Positions 56,530 to 64,000 of a stretch of 64,000 nucleotides of DNA are shown piece after piece (position 1 is the stretch's first letter; each line of letters begins with the position of its first letter). Origin of the DNA: Firmicutes bacterium UBA3943. GTDB lineage: Bacteria; Bacillota; UBA4882; UBA10575; UBA3943. Below the pieces are notes generated by a model. It had not been told where the DNA came from. It searched no databases and saw only the letters and a program-made list of their open reading frames with translations. The position numbers and the translations under genes are program-made. The DNA is taken from positions 52,564 to 116,563 of the forward strand of contig DGDV01000039.1 in the NCBI GenBank assembly GCA_002385625.1, in the 5' to 3' direction.

Positions 56530-57029
56530 TGCGCGGATGGATATTGGCCATCATTATTACGGTGGCTTTGGTCCTGCAAACGACGGTTATACCTTTTTTA
56601 AGTCCTTTGGGGCTGATCCCGGATTTTATTTTATTGCTGACGCTCTCATATGGACTTTTAAAAGGTCCGTTTTTTGGTGTATCAGTGGGTTTTACCAGCG
56701 GTTTTATCATGGACTTTGCCAGTGGAGACGGTGTCCTTGGCGTCAATGCCCTGGCGAAGATGGTAGCCGGTTTGCTTTGCGGCTTAATGGAAAAAAATGT
56801 TTTTAAAGATAACTTGTTGGTACCGGCCATTGCGGCCTTTGTTTTGACATTAATCCACGATCTTATCTTATTTCTGGTTTTGTTTGCCTTGGGTTGGCAG
56901 CTGCGGTTTTTATATCATTTTCTCCGTTACACGCTGCCACTTTCGCTTTACCATGCCCTTTTGGCACCCCTGGTTTATTATTGCGTCTACCGGTTGGAGC
57001 GTTATCTGCTTTTGCGTAAGTCTGCATGA
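56529..57029 (+). CDS. mreD: Rod shape-determining protein MreD
   Basis: Small polytopic membrane protein directly after mreC. Confidence 0.8.
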   Translation: MRGWILAIIITVALVLQTTVIPFLSPLGLIPDFILLLTLSYGLLKGPFFGVSVGFTSGFIMDFASGDGVLGVNALAKMVAGLLCGLMEKNVFKDNLLVPAIAAFVLTLIHDLILFLVLFALGWQLRFLYHFLRYTLPLSLYHALLAPLVYYCVYRLERYLLLRKSA

Positions 57030-57109
57030 TACCGGGGTTTTTGCTGATGCCGGCTTTTCTGTAGGATCATGGATGTAACAACCAGATCGGGTCTTTGCGG
57101 GGTGACACA

Positions 57110-59128
57110 ATGAAGGATCAATCGACTAAGGAGTTGGAGTTCCGGTTCCGGTTCTTTTCGGGCTTGATCCTTTGTATTTTTGCCGTTTTACTGATGCGTC
57201 TCTGGTATCTCCAGATTATCCAGGGCAACGAGCGATTGAGGATGTCCCGGATGAACCAGAGTCGCGAGATTAAGATTCCAGCTCCCCGTGGTGTTATTTA
57301 CGATCGGGACGGACGGGTCTTGGCGTCAAGCCGCATCTCCCATATGATCTCGGTGGCCCCTGATGATGTGCTGAAAAACCAGCGAGTTATCCAGACTTTG
57401 GCCCGATTGTTGCAGATGAAGCAGGAAGATCTGGTGACCCTCATTAAGGATAAGCGAAAGAACAGTGTCAACCCCTCGGATTATGTGGCAATTTTAACCG
57501 ATGTCGACCCCAAGACGGTGGGCCGGATCCTCGAAGCCCAACTGGACTTGCCCGGCGTGCAGGTTGATGATTACCCGGTGCGCTATTATCCCCGGGGGGA
57601 GTGGGCCGCCCATTTGTTTGGCTATATCGGGGAGATCAACAAGGAAGAGTTAAAAGCCAAAGGCGATAAATACCGGATGGGCGATTTGATCGGCAAAACC
57701 GGGCTGGAAAAGGCCTATGAAGATGACCTGCGCGGTAAAGACGGGAGCCGGATCTTGGAAGTAGACCGTCTTGGTCATACTTTGGGCGTCCTTGGAGAAC
57801 GGGAGTCGTATCCCGGGAACAACCTGCGTTTGTCCATCGATGCCGAACTTCAGGATACAGCGGAACAAGCCCTCCGTGAGCATCTGGCCTGGCTGCGGCA
57901 GAACTCAAATTACAAAAATGCCCGTTCCGGCGCGGTAATAGCCATGGATCCAAGAAACGGCAGGATCTTGGCCATGGTTAGTTATCCCGGTTTTGATCCC
58001 AATATCTTTGTGGGGAATACTCGTGGCCGGAATGTGGGGGCGCTGTTTACCGATCCCCTTCATCCCTTTACCAACCGGGCCACGCAAGGAGAGTTCATGC
58101 CCGGTTCCACATTTAAGCCAATTACGGTGATGGCGGCCTTGGGCGAGGGAAAGGCAGATGCCAATGCCAGATTTGGTTGTACCGGCTATGATCGTATTTA
58201 TGGAAGCAAGTTTAAATGTTGGAATGTGAAAACTAAACCGGGTGGACACGGCCGGCAAAATCTGGTGGAATCCCTGCAGAACAGCTGTAACATGGTCATG
58301 GCTGAGCTGGCCCGCTTGGTGGGTCCGGAAGACTTGGCCAAATACGCCCGTCTATTTGGATTAGGCAGTAAAACTGGGTTTAATCTGTCGCCGGGGGAGA
58401 GTTCGGGGGTGGTAGGCGATCCAGAATGGAAAGCCCAACGTTTCAAGCGGGATCCGAAATGGTATCCCCTGGAGACATTGCATTATTCCATTGGCCAGGG
58501 TTATATCACCGTTACTCCCTTGCAACTGGCCAATATGTACTCCGCCATTGCCAACGGAGGCAAATTATATACACCACAGGTTGTCGAAGCGGTGACAAAC
58601 CCTGAAGGGAAGATTATCCGGCAATATCGGCCTAAGTTAAACAAAATTATTCCGATAGAACAAGAACACCTGGCTTTGGTCCGGGAAGGGCTGGAAAAGG
58701 TGATCAGTGTCGGTACCGCCCGGTCATATTTTACCGGTTTTCCCCTGGATAAGTACCCAATTGCCGGTAAGACGGGAACCGCGCAAAATCAGGGGAAAGA
58801 TGATTTTGCGCTGTTTGCCAGTTTTGCGCCGGTCAACAATCCGGAACTGGTAGTTGTGGTGGTGATTGAAGAGGGTGGTTCTGGTGGTTTGGCGGGCGCT
58901 CCCATTGCCCGGAAAATTTACGAAACATATTTCAAGATTCAGCCAAAAGAAAAAGCCGGAGCAAAATTGACGAATACCCAGGGGCAGGCGACAACTGGTC
59001 ATAACAGCGGGCAAAGTCGGACAGCTCCGCAAAATGCCCCACCGACTGCAGCGGATCCAACAAGGGGTACAAGCGGTTCCATGGGAGAGACAAACAGCAT
59101 AAACGGGGAAAACAAGCAAAATCCCTGA
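57110..59128 (+). CDS. mrdA: Penicillin-binding protein 2 (class B elongation transpeptidase)
   Basis: STFKP, SCN and KTGTAQ motifs; between mreD and minC. Low-complexity C-terminal tail. Confidence 0.9.
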   Translation: MKDQSTKELEFRFRFFSGLILCIFAVLLMRLWYLQIIQGNERLRMSRMNQSREIKIPAPRGVIYDRDGRVLASSRISHMISVAPDDVLKNQRVIQTLARLLQMKQEDLVTLIKDKRKNSVNPSDYVAILTDVDPKTVGRILEAQLDLPGVQVDDYPVRYYPRGEWAAHLFGYIGEINKEELKAKGDKYRMGDLIGKTGLEKAYEDDLRGKDGSRILEVDRLGHTLGVLGERESYPGNNLRLSIDAELQDTAEQALREHLAWLRQNSNYKNARSGAVIAMDPRNGRILAMVSYPGFDPNIFVGNTRGRNVGALFTDPLHPFTNRATQGEFMPGSTFKPITVMAALGEGKADANARFGCTGYDRIYGSKFKCWNVKTKPGGHGRQNLVESLQNSCNMVMAELARLVGPEDLAKYARLFGLGSKTGFNLSPGESSGVVGDPEWKAQRFKRDPKWYPLETLHYSIGQGYITVTPLQLANMYSAIANGGKLYTPQVVEAVTNPEGKIIRQYRPKLNKIIPIEQEHLALVREGLEKVISVGTARSYFTGFPLDKYPIAGKTGTAQNQGKDDFALFASFAPVNNPELVVVVVIEEGGSGGLAGAPIARKIYETYFKIQPKEKAGAKLTNTQGQATTGHNSGQSRTAPQNAPPTAADPTRGTSGSMGETNSINGENKQNP

Positions 59129-59208
59129 CAAGTTGGAGAAGGAATTTAACCACCTGCGTTGAAAAGGAGTCATATTGATAATATGAATGGTTTTGAGGTG
59201 AGAAGGCA

Positions 59209-59838
59209 TTGATACCGTCGCCAGCACCACTGAACCCCAAGCAACAAATGGTGTTTAAAGGATTCAAACATGGCTTGACGCTTCTCCTTCCTGAGGAAGG
59301 GGACTTTTCATGGATTTATAATGAATTGAAACGGCGTCTGGATGAAGCCAGCGATTTTTTCCGCGGCGCCAGTCTCACGGTGGTGACCAAGGAGCACCGT
59401 TTTACCACCGAAGAAAGGCGATTGTTGGAAGCGCTCTGCGCCGACCATGAGGTGAGGATGCGGTTGGATAGCGATCAAAGCCCTATGTTGGAGGAAGTTA
59501 AAGAGAAACAAGCCTTTGTGCCGACACTGATGGTGAAGCGAACCCTACGGGGCGGCCAACGGGTGGAGTTTGAAGGGAATGTCGTTGTCAAAGGTGACGT
59601 AAATGCCGGAGCGGAAGTCCTGGCGACCGGCGACATTATCATTCTGGGCGCGCTCCGGGGGATTGCCCACGCCGGTGCTGCCGGTGATACGTCGGCGGAA
59701 GTGATTGCCTTTGATTTTCATCCGGTCCAATTGCGCATTGCGGGTTTTATTGCCCGTCCTCCGGAAAACGCGCCCCGTTCCCGGCATCCTGAGGTGGCCC
59801 GTGTGCGGGGGGAAGCCATTGTGGTCGAGAAATATTAA
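59209..59838 (+). CDS. minC: Septum site-determining protein MinC
   Basis: C-terminal beta-helix GNVVVKGDVNAGAEVLATGDIIILGALRGIAHAG. The start is uncertain (TTG 59209 or ATG 59251). Confidence 0.85.
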   Translation: MIPSPAPLNPKQQMVFKGFKHGLTLLLPEEGDFSWIYNELKRRLDEASDFFRGASLTVVTKEHRFTTEERRLLEALCADHEVRMRLDSDQSPMLEEVKEKQAFVPTLMVKRTLRGGQRVEFEGNVVVKGDVNAGAEVLATGDIIILGALRGIAHAGAAGDTSAEVIAFDFHPVQLRIAGFIARPPENAPRSRHPEVARVRGEAIVVEKY

Positions 59839-59869
59839 TGATCTTAGTTTTAGATGAGGAGGGCATAAT

Positions 59870-60664
59870 ATGTCAGGAAAGTCAATTGTTGTCACCTCCG
59901 GCAAAGGTGGCGTAGGAAAAACAACCACGGTGGCAAATATCGGAACAGGCCTGGCTTTACGGGGTAAACGAGTTGTCCTGTTGGATGCCGATATTGGGTT
60001 AAGGAATCTGGATGTGGTGATGGGGTTGGAGAACCGTATTGTCTTTGACCTGGTAGCTGTCTGTGAGAAAAAGTGTAAAATCCGGCAAGCCTTGATCAAG
60101 GACAAGCGCTTTGAAAATCTCTACCTGATTCCCGCCGCCCAGACCAGGGAGAAGGATGCGGTTACTCCGGCACAAATGAAAGAACTCTGTGATGAATTGC
60201 GCAAGGAATTCGATTATATAATAATCGATTGCCCTGCCGGGATTGAGCAAGGGTTTAAAAATGCCGTCGCTGGGGCGGACGAGGCGATTGTTGTGACAAC
60301 CCCCGAGGTTTCCGCGGTTCGTGATGCGGACCGGATCATCGGCCTGTTGCAGGCCAATGAGCTTTATGAGCCACGGTTGGTCATCAACCGTATTCGGCCG
60401 GAGATGGTCCGCAAGGGTGATATGATGGACATTGAAGATGTCAATGATATTTTGGCCATTAGCTTATTGGGCGTGATTCCCGATGATGAAATGATCATTA
60501 TTTCCACTAATAAGGGAGAACCTGCCGTCATGGACAAGAATTCCCGGGCCGGGGAAGCTTACCGTAATGTCGTCGCCCGTCTTGAAGGTGAAGATGTGCC
60601 CATTATGTCGCTGGATAACAATCACAGCGTATTTCAACGCATAAAAAGATGGATTGGGATGTAA
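59870..60664 (+). CDS. minD: Septum site-determining ATPase MinD
   Basis: Deviant Walker A SGKGGVGKTT and a C-terminal amphipathic membrane-targeting helix. Confidence 0.95.
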   Translation: MSGKSIVVTSGKGGVGKTTTVANIGTGLALRGKRVVLLDADIGLRNLDVVMGLENRIVFDLVAVCEKKCKIRQALIKDKRFENLYLIPAAQTREKDAVTPAQMKELCDELRKEFDYIIIDCPAGIEQGFKNAVAGADEAIVVTTPEVSAVRDADRIIGLLQANELYEPRLVINRIRPEMVRKGDMMDIEDVNDILAISLLGVIPDDEMIIISTNKGEPAVMDKNSRAGEAYRNVVARLEGEDVPIMSLDNNHSVFQRIKRWIGM

Positions 60665-60691
60665 GCGATGAAGCCGAAGGGAGGAAGATTA

Positions 60692-60943
60692 ATGGATTTT
60701 CTGAGCCGGCTATTTCGGGACAGTGGCAGTAAAGAAGCAGCAGTTGAAAGGCTCAGGCTTGTATTGGTTCATGATCGGGCGCAGGTTTCCCCTGGCTTAT
60801 TGGAAACGCTCAAGGAAGAACTGATTCAAGTCATCTCAAAATATATGGATATTGATGAGAAAGGCATGGTTGTGCAACTGAACTCCTCCGACCAACGGGC
60901 GACCCTGATGGCCAACATACCGGTACGGCGGGTGAAACGATAG
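60692..60943 (+). CDS. minE: Cell division topological specificity factor MinE
   Basis: MDFLSRLFR...ERLRLVLVHDR signature. GAAGGGAGGA RBS before ATG 60692. Confidence 0.9.
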   Translation: MDFLSRLFRDSGSKEAAVERLRLVLVHDRAQVSPGLLETLKEELIQVISKYMDIDEKGMVVQLNSSDQRATLMANIPVRRVKR

Positions 60944-61068
60944 GTTAATAAATAGTTTGATCCGTTTATTTCCGTACATTCTAGGCCGACATTTCGCTGG
61001 ATTTCCCCATATTTCCAGGGTGTTTTGTTTTGGTCTATGGTAGAATGGAGTCTAGGAGGTAGACTTCC

Positions 61069-62208
61069 TTGTGGGACCGGCGTTTTTTACGTAATATTGA
61101 TTATTATATGTTGTTCTCCGTGTTGGGACTGGTGATGATCGGCCTGATCATGGTATATAGCGCTACCCGTGCTAATACGGCCTTAAACGGCGGCGATTCT
61201 TTTCTTTTCCTCAAAAAGCAGCTGCTTTCCGTGGTTATCGGCCTTATTGGCATGGCTGTTATCTTTTTTCTGGACTACCGTTTGCCGGATGCGGCCTATC
61301 ATGTGTTGTATGGTTTTAATTTCTTTATGCTACTTCTCGTTCTCTTTGTCGGCAGTGAGGCAAACGGGGCGAAGAGCTGGATTAATCTGGGCTTTATGTC
61401 GTTTCAGCCAGCCGAGTTTGCCAAACTGTTGGTTATTCTCACCTTAAGTAAATACTTGGCGGAGAAAGAGAGTTTCTCGTCGATTTTAGATCTTATCCCA
61501 CCTTTTATCCACATTCTGCCATCGTTGGTCCTCATCTTGCTGCAGCCGGACTTTGGCACCGCCTTGGTCTTTATCTTTTTCTTCTTTGCCATGGTCTATA
61601 TGGCGGGAGCCAAGGGACGGCATCTTTTGCTCGTTATCTTCACGGGGATTACGGTCATAGCTTTGATTTTTGTCTGTAACCACTATTTTGGCTTCCCCAG
61701 TGTTCCGTTGAAAGATTACCAGATTAAACGACTGACCAGTTTTATCAACCCGGACGCGGATCCCCGCGGCGCCGGGTATAATGTGCGGCAGGCCATCATT
61801 GCCGTGGGTTCCGGCCGCTTTTTCGGCAAGGGTTTATTCCAAAACACCCAGGGTCGTTTGGGTTTTCTGCCGGAGTTTCACACCGATTTCATTTTTGCGG
61901 TCTTCTGTGAAGAGTGGGGTTTTCTGGGCGCCTTTGTTTTGCTCATGTTATATCTGCTTTTTATCTGGCGGAGCCTCAAAGTAGTGCAACAGGCGAAAGA
62001 ACGCCATGGGTCCTTGATTGCCACAGGCATCATGACGATGTTTCTCTTTCACATCTTCGAAAATATTGGGATGAACATCGGGATTATGCCCATTACCGGC
62101 ATTCCGCTCCCGTTTATCAGTTCGGGGGGAAGTTCCATGATGACCAGTTTGTTTGCAGTCGGTTATTTGGAGAACATCTGGGCCAGACGGCAGAAGATCC
62201 TGTTTTAG
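61069..62208 (+). CDS. rodA: Rod shape-determining protein RodA (SEDS family)
   Basis: FtsW/RodA/SpoVE motifs (NLGFMSFQPAEFAKL, PDFGTA, HTDFIFA, GIPLPFISSGGSS). Confidence 0.9.
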   Translation: MWDRRFLRNIDYYMLFSVLGLVMIGLIMVYSATRANTALNGGDSFLFLKKQLLSVVIGLIGMAVIFFLDYRLPDAAYHVLYGFNFFMLLLVLFVGSEANGAKSWINLGFMSFQPAEFAKLLVILTLSKYLAEKESFSSILDLIPPFIHILPSLVLILLQPDFGTALVFIFFFFAMVYMAGAKGRHLLLVIFTGITVIALIFVCNHYFGFPSVPLKDYQIKRLTSFINPDADPRGAGYNVRQAIIAVGSGRFFGKGLFQNTQGRLGFLPEFHTDFIFAVFCEEWGFLGAFVLLMLYLLFIWRSLKVVQQAKERHGSLIATGIMTMFLFHIFENIGMNIGIMPITGIPLPFISSGGSSMMTSLFAVGYLENIWARRQKILF

Positions 62209-62248
62209 AAGAACCGACTTACAACAACACAAGATAATAATGCGAATG

Positions 62249-62287
62249 AAAACGCCGCTGACCTTTGCCTCGGTCAGCGGCGTTTTT
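62249..62287. terminator. Bidirectional rho-independent terminator
   Basis: AAAACGCCGCTGACC/GGTCAGCGGCGTTTT 15-bp stem between convergent genes. Confidence 0.85.
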
Positions 62288-62342
62288 GCGTTTCTTTGTT
62301 TCTTTCTTAGTCCTGTCGTTTTGGAATGGAACGGACTCTTTG

Positions 62343-64000
62343 TTACGGCCTGTTGCGGTTGGTGTGTAAATGACAGTAGATTGTGGGTTGTTCCCCTTGG
62401 GGGAAGGTTTGGGTCACGATCCGGTCTTTGGGGCAGAAAGGAGTGGCCAAAAGACCAGAATCAGTGCAGATCCGGGCGGAGGTCATCTGCTTTGGCCGGT
62501 GGATGGTGCAATGTTGCGTTGGCATTTGGGTACCTTCCCGGATCTCCAGGCCGGATTCGCGGTAGTAATAACGACGGACAACCCGGTCCCTGGGACATTC
62601 GCTTGTGGCGATTTCTTCAGAATCAAGGCAGATATCTTGGTAGATCATGTCGGCAAATTCGCTCAAGCTGTGGGCGGGGCACATTTCCCTTGGTTCCGTA
62701 CCGGTAATAAATGTTTCCATCCGGATGTCCGGACAGAGGGGAGAGGAAAGATAACCGGTGGCTGCACAGATCTCGATGCCGGTAACAATATTAACCGGCG
62801 GGGTAAAATCGGAGACGGGGGTGGAAGCCAGGGCTTGTTTCATGAAATCCCCCCAAATGCTGGCAGGTACCGCACTGGTTAAGACGGAACCGTTCACTTT
62901 GATGGGAACGGATTGCGAGTCATTACCGATCCAAACGGCTGCTACCAGGTCAGGCGTATAACCAACAAACCAAATGTTTGTGTAGTCGCTGGTCGTTCCG
63001 GTCTTGCCCGCCGCCGGTCGGCCGATCTGCGCCCGCCGACCTGTGCCGCGCTCGATGACCCCGCGTAGCATGTCGGTGATGAGGTAAGCTGTCTCTTCCC
63101 GGAGGGCTACCCGTTTTTTCGGGGTATTCTCCAGCAAAATATTACCCTGGTCGTCGCGGACTTGCAAAATGGCGAGGGGTTCAGAATGAATCCCCCGGTT
63201 GGCCAAACATGTGTAGCTTGAAGCCATATCCAAGGGGGTAACGCCGTGGGTTAAACCACCGAGGGCCATGGCGGACAAGTTTAAATCGTTCTTGGCGCCG
63301 GAGGCCACCAAGCTGTCGAGGCCCATGCGTTTGCCATAGGACATAACTTTTCCTGGTCCCAGATGGTCCACAAGCTTAATGGCAATGGTATTGACGGATT
63401 TCTCCAGAGCCTCCCGGAGGGTGATGGGGCCGCGGAAGGTACCGTCGGAGTTCTTTGGCTCCCAGTTTTTACCGTCTCTTTGCGGAAAAGAAAGAGGTTC
63501 GTCCACCAGAACAGAGGCGGGTGTAAACTCCTGGCTGTCGATGGCCGCGGTATAGACAAAGGGTTTTATGGCTGAACCAGGTTGCCTGTATGCCCGGGTG
63601 GCGCGGTTCAACGGTGTCATGCTAAAGTCCCTGCCGCCCAGCATGGCCTTGATATAGCCGTTTTTGGGGTCAATGGCCACCAGGGCGCATTGGGGTTGGA
63701 CAACGCCGGCAGCGTCCGGTTTGTTCCCGGGGAGCTTTGCGATGGCTGCTTCCGCTGCTGCTTGTATCTGGTTATCCAAGGTGGTATAGATCTTGTATCC
63801 CTTGGTGTAAAGGGTTTCTTCCTCAAAGCCATAATCCTTGAGTTGTCTGAGGATGTAATCGACGAAGTAGGGGGCATGTCCCCTGCTGGAACGCAGAGGA
63901 ACAACATCCAAAGGCATCTGGGTCGCCTGCTCGGCCTCGTCTTCTGAAATGTAACCATTATTGGCCATGACCTTTAACACAACGGCCCGGCGTTCCAAAG
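62343..64000 (-). CDS. Class A PBP (PBP1A family), C-terminal ~550 aa; N-terminus lies outside the window. Carries three Cys-rich C-terminal repeats
   Basis: Transpeptidase motifs SAIKP, SVN and KTGTT. The frame is open to the window edge, and the M at 63998 is internal. Confidence 0.85.
   Translation of the reverse strand, partial: LERRAVVLKVMANNGYISEDEAEQATQMPLDVVPLRSSRGHAPYFVDYILRQLKDYGFEEETLYTKGYKIYTTLDNQIQAAAEAAIAKLPGNKPDAAGVVQPQCALVAIDPKNGYIKAMLGGRDFSMTPLNRATRAYRQPGSAIKPFVYTAAIDSQEFTPASVLVDEPLSFPQRDGKNWEPKNSDGTFRGPITLREALEKSVNTIAIKLVDHLGPGKVMSYGKRMGLDSLVASGAKNDLNLSAMALGGLTHGVTPLDMASSYTCLANRGIHSEPLAILQVRDDQGNILLENTPKKRVALREETAYLITDMLRGVIERGTGRRAQIGRPAAGKTGTTSDYTNIWFVGYTPDLVAAVWIGNDSQSVPIKVNGSVLTSAVPASIWGDFMKQALASTPVSDFTPPVNIVTGIEICAATGYLSSPLCPDIRMETFITGTEPREMCPAHSLSEFADMIYQDICLDSEEIATSECPRDRVVRRYYYRESGLEIREGTQMPTQHCTIHRPKQMTSARICTDSGLLATPFCPKDRIVTQTFPQGEQPTIYCHLHTNRNRP

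Noticed and set aside
62153-62882. Plus-strand ORFs of 184 and 170 aa downstream of rodA
   Set aside because: They cross the strong bidirectional terminator (62249-62287) and lie antisense to the PBP C-terminus, with Gly/Arg-rich composition.
1-64000. tRNA, rRNA, CRISPR arrays and IS elements
   Set aside because: I found no GTTCGAATC-type T-arm motifs, no regularly spaced repeats beyond the two short tandem duplications reported, and no transposase-like ORFs.

Overview
This 64-kb chromosomal window looks like an anaerobic, spore-forming Firmicute of the Clostridia (Peptococcaceae-like). That reading rests on an Rnf complex, an SLH protein, a CotJC-like Mn catalase and the OLE RNA context. 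Most of the window is conserved, mainly + strand housekeeping operons: rnhB, ylqG/ylqH-like genes, HD-GYP, yraN, comM; xseA-xseB-ispA-DUF212-[OLE RNA]-oapA-dxs; ylxM-ffh-rpsP-khpA-rimM-trmD-rplS-lepB; deoB-pdp; rnfCDGEAB; DUF4321-maf-radC-mreBCD-mrdA-minCDE-rodA. Two class A PBPs carry Cys-rich C-terminal repeats. The parts worth a second look are these. (1) A ~620-nt ORF-free, hairpin-dense segment at 22.3-22.9 kb sits in the isoprenoid operon directly upstream of a small 4-TM protein; I interpret it as OLE RNA plus oapA. (2) A non-canonical agr locus at 34.1-36.3 kb has agrB, agrD, a small polytopic membrane protein and a membrane-anchored HD-GYP phosphodiesterase, with no AgrC/AgrA anywhere in the window. 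(3) An AT-rich island of four orphan ORFs lies downstream of comM at 6.3-8.7 kb. (4) A Cheo-box-controlled umuD-like, umuC-like and SRAP operon is followed 4 kb downstream by a second Cheo box in front of dinB. I saw no tRNA, rRNA, CRISPR array, transposase or integrase. All calls come from reading the sequence and the ORF translations; no searches were run.
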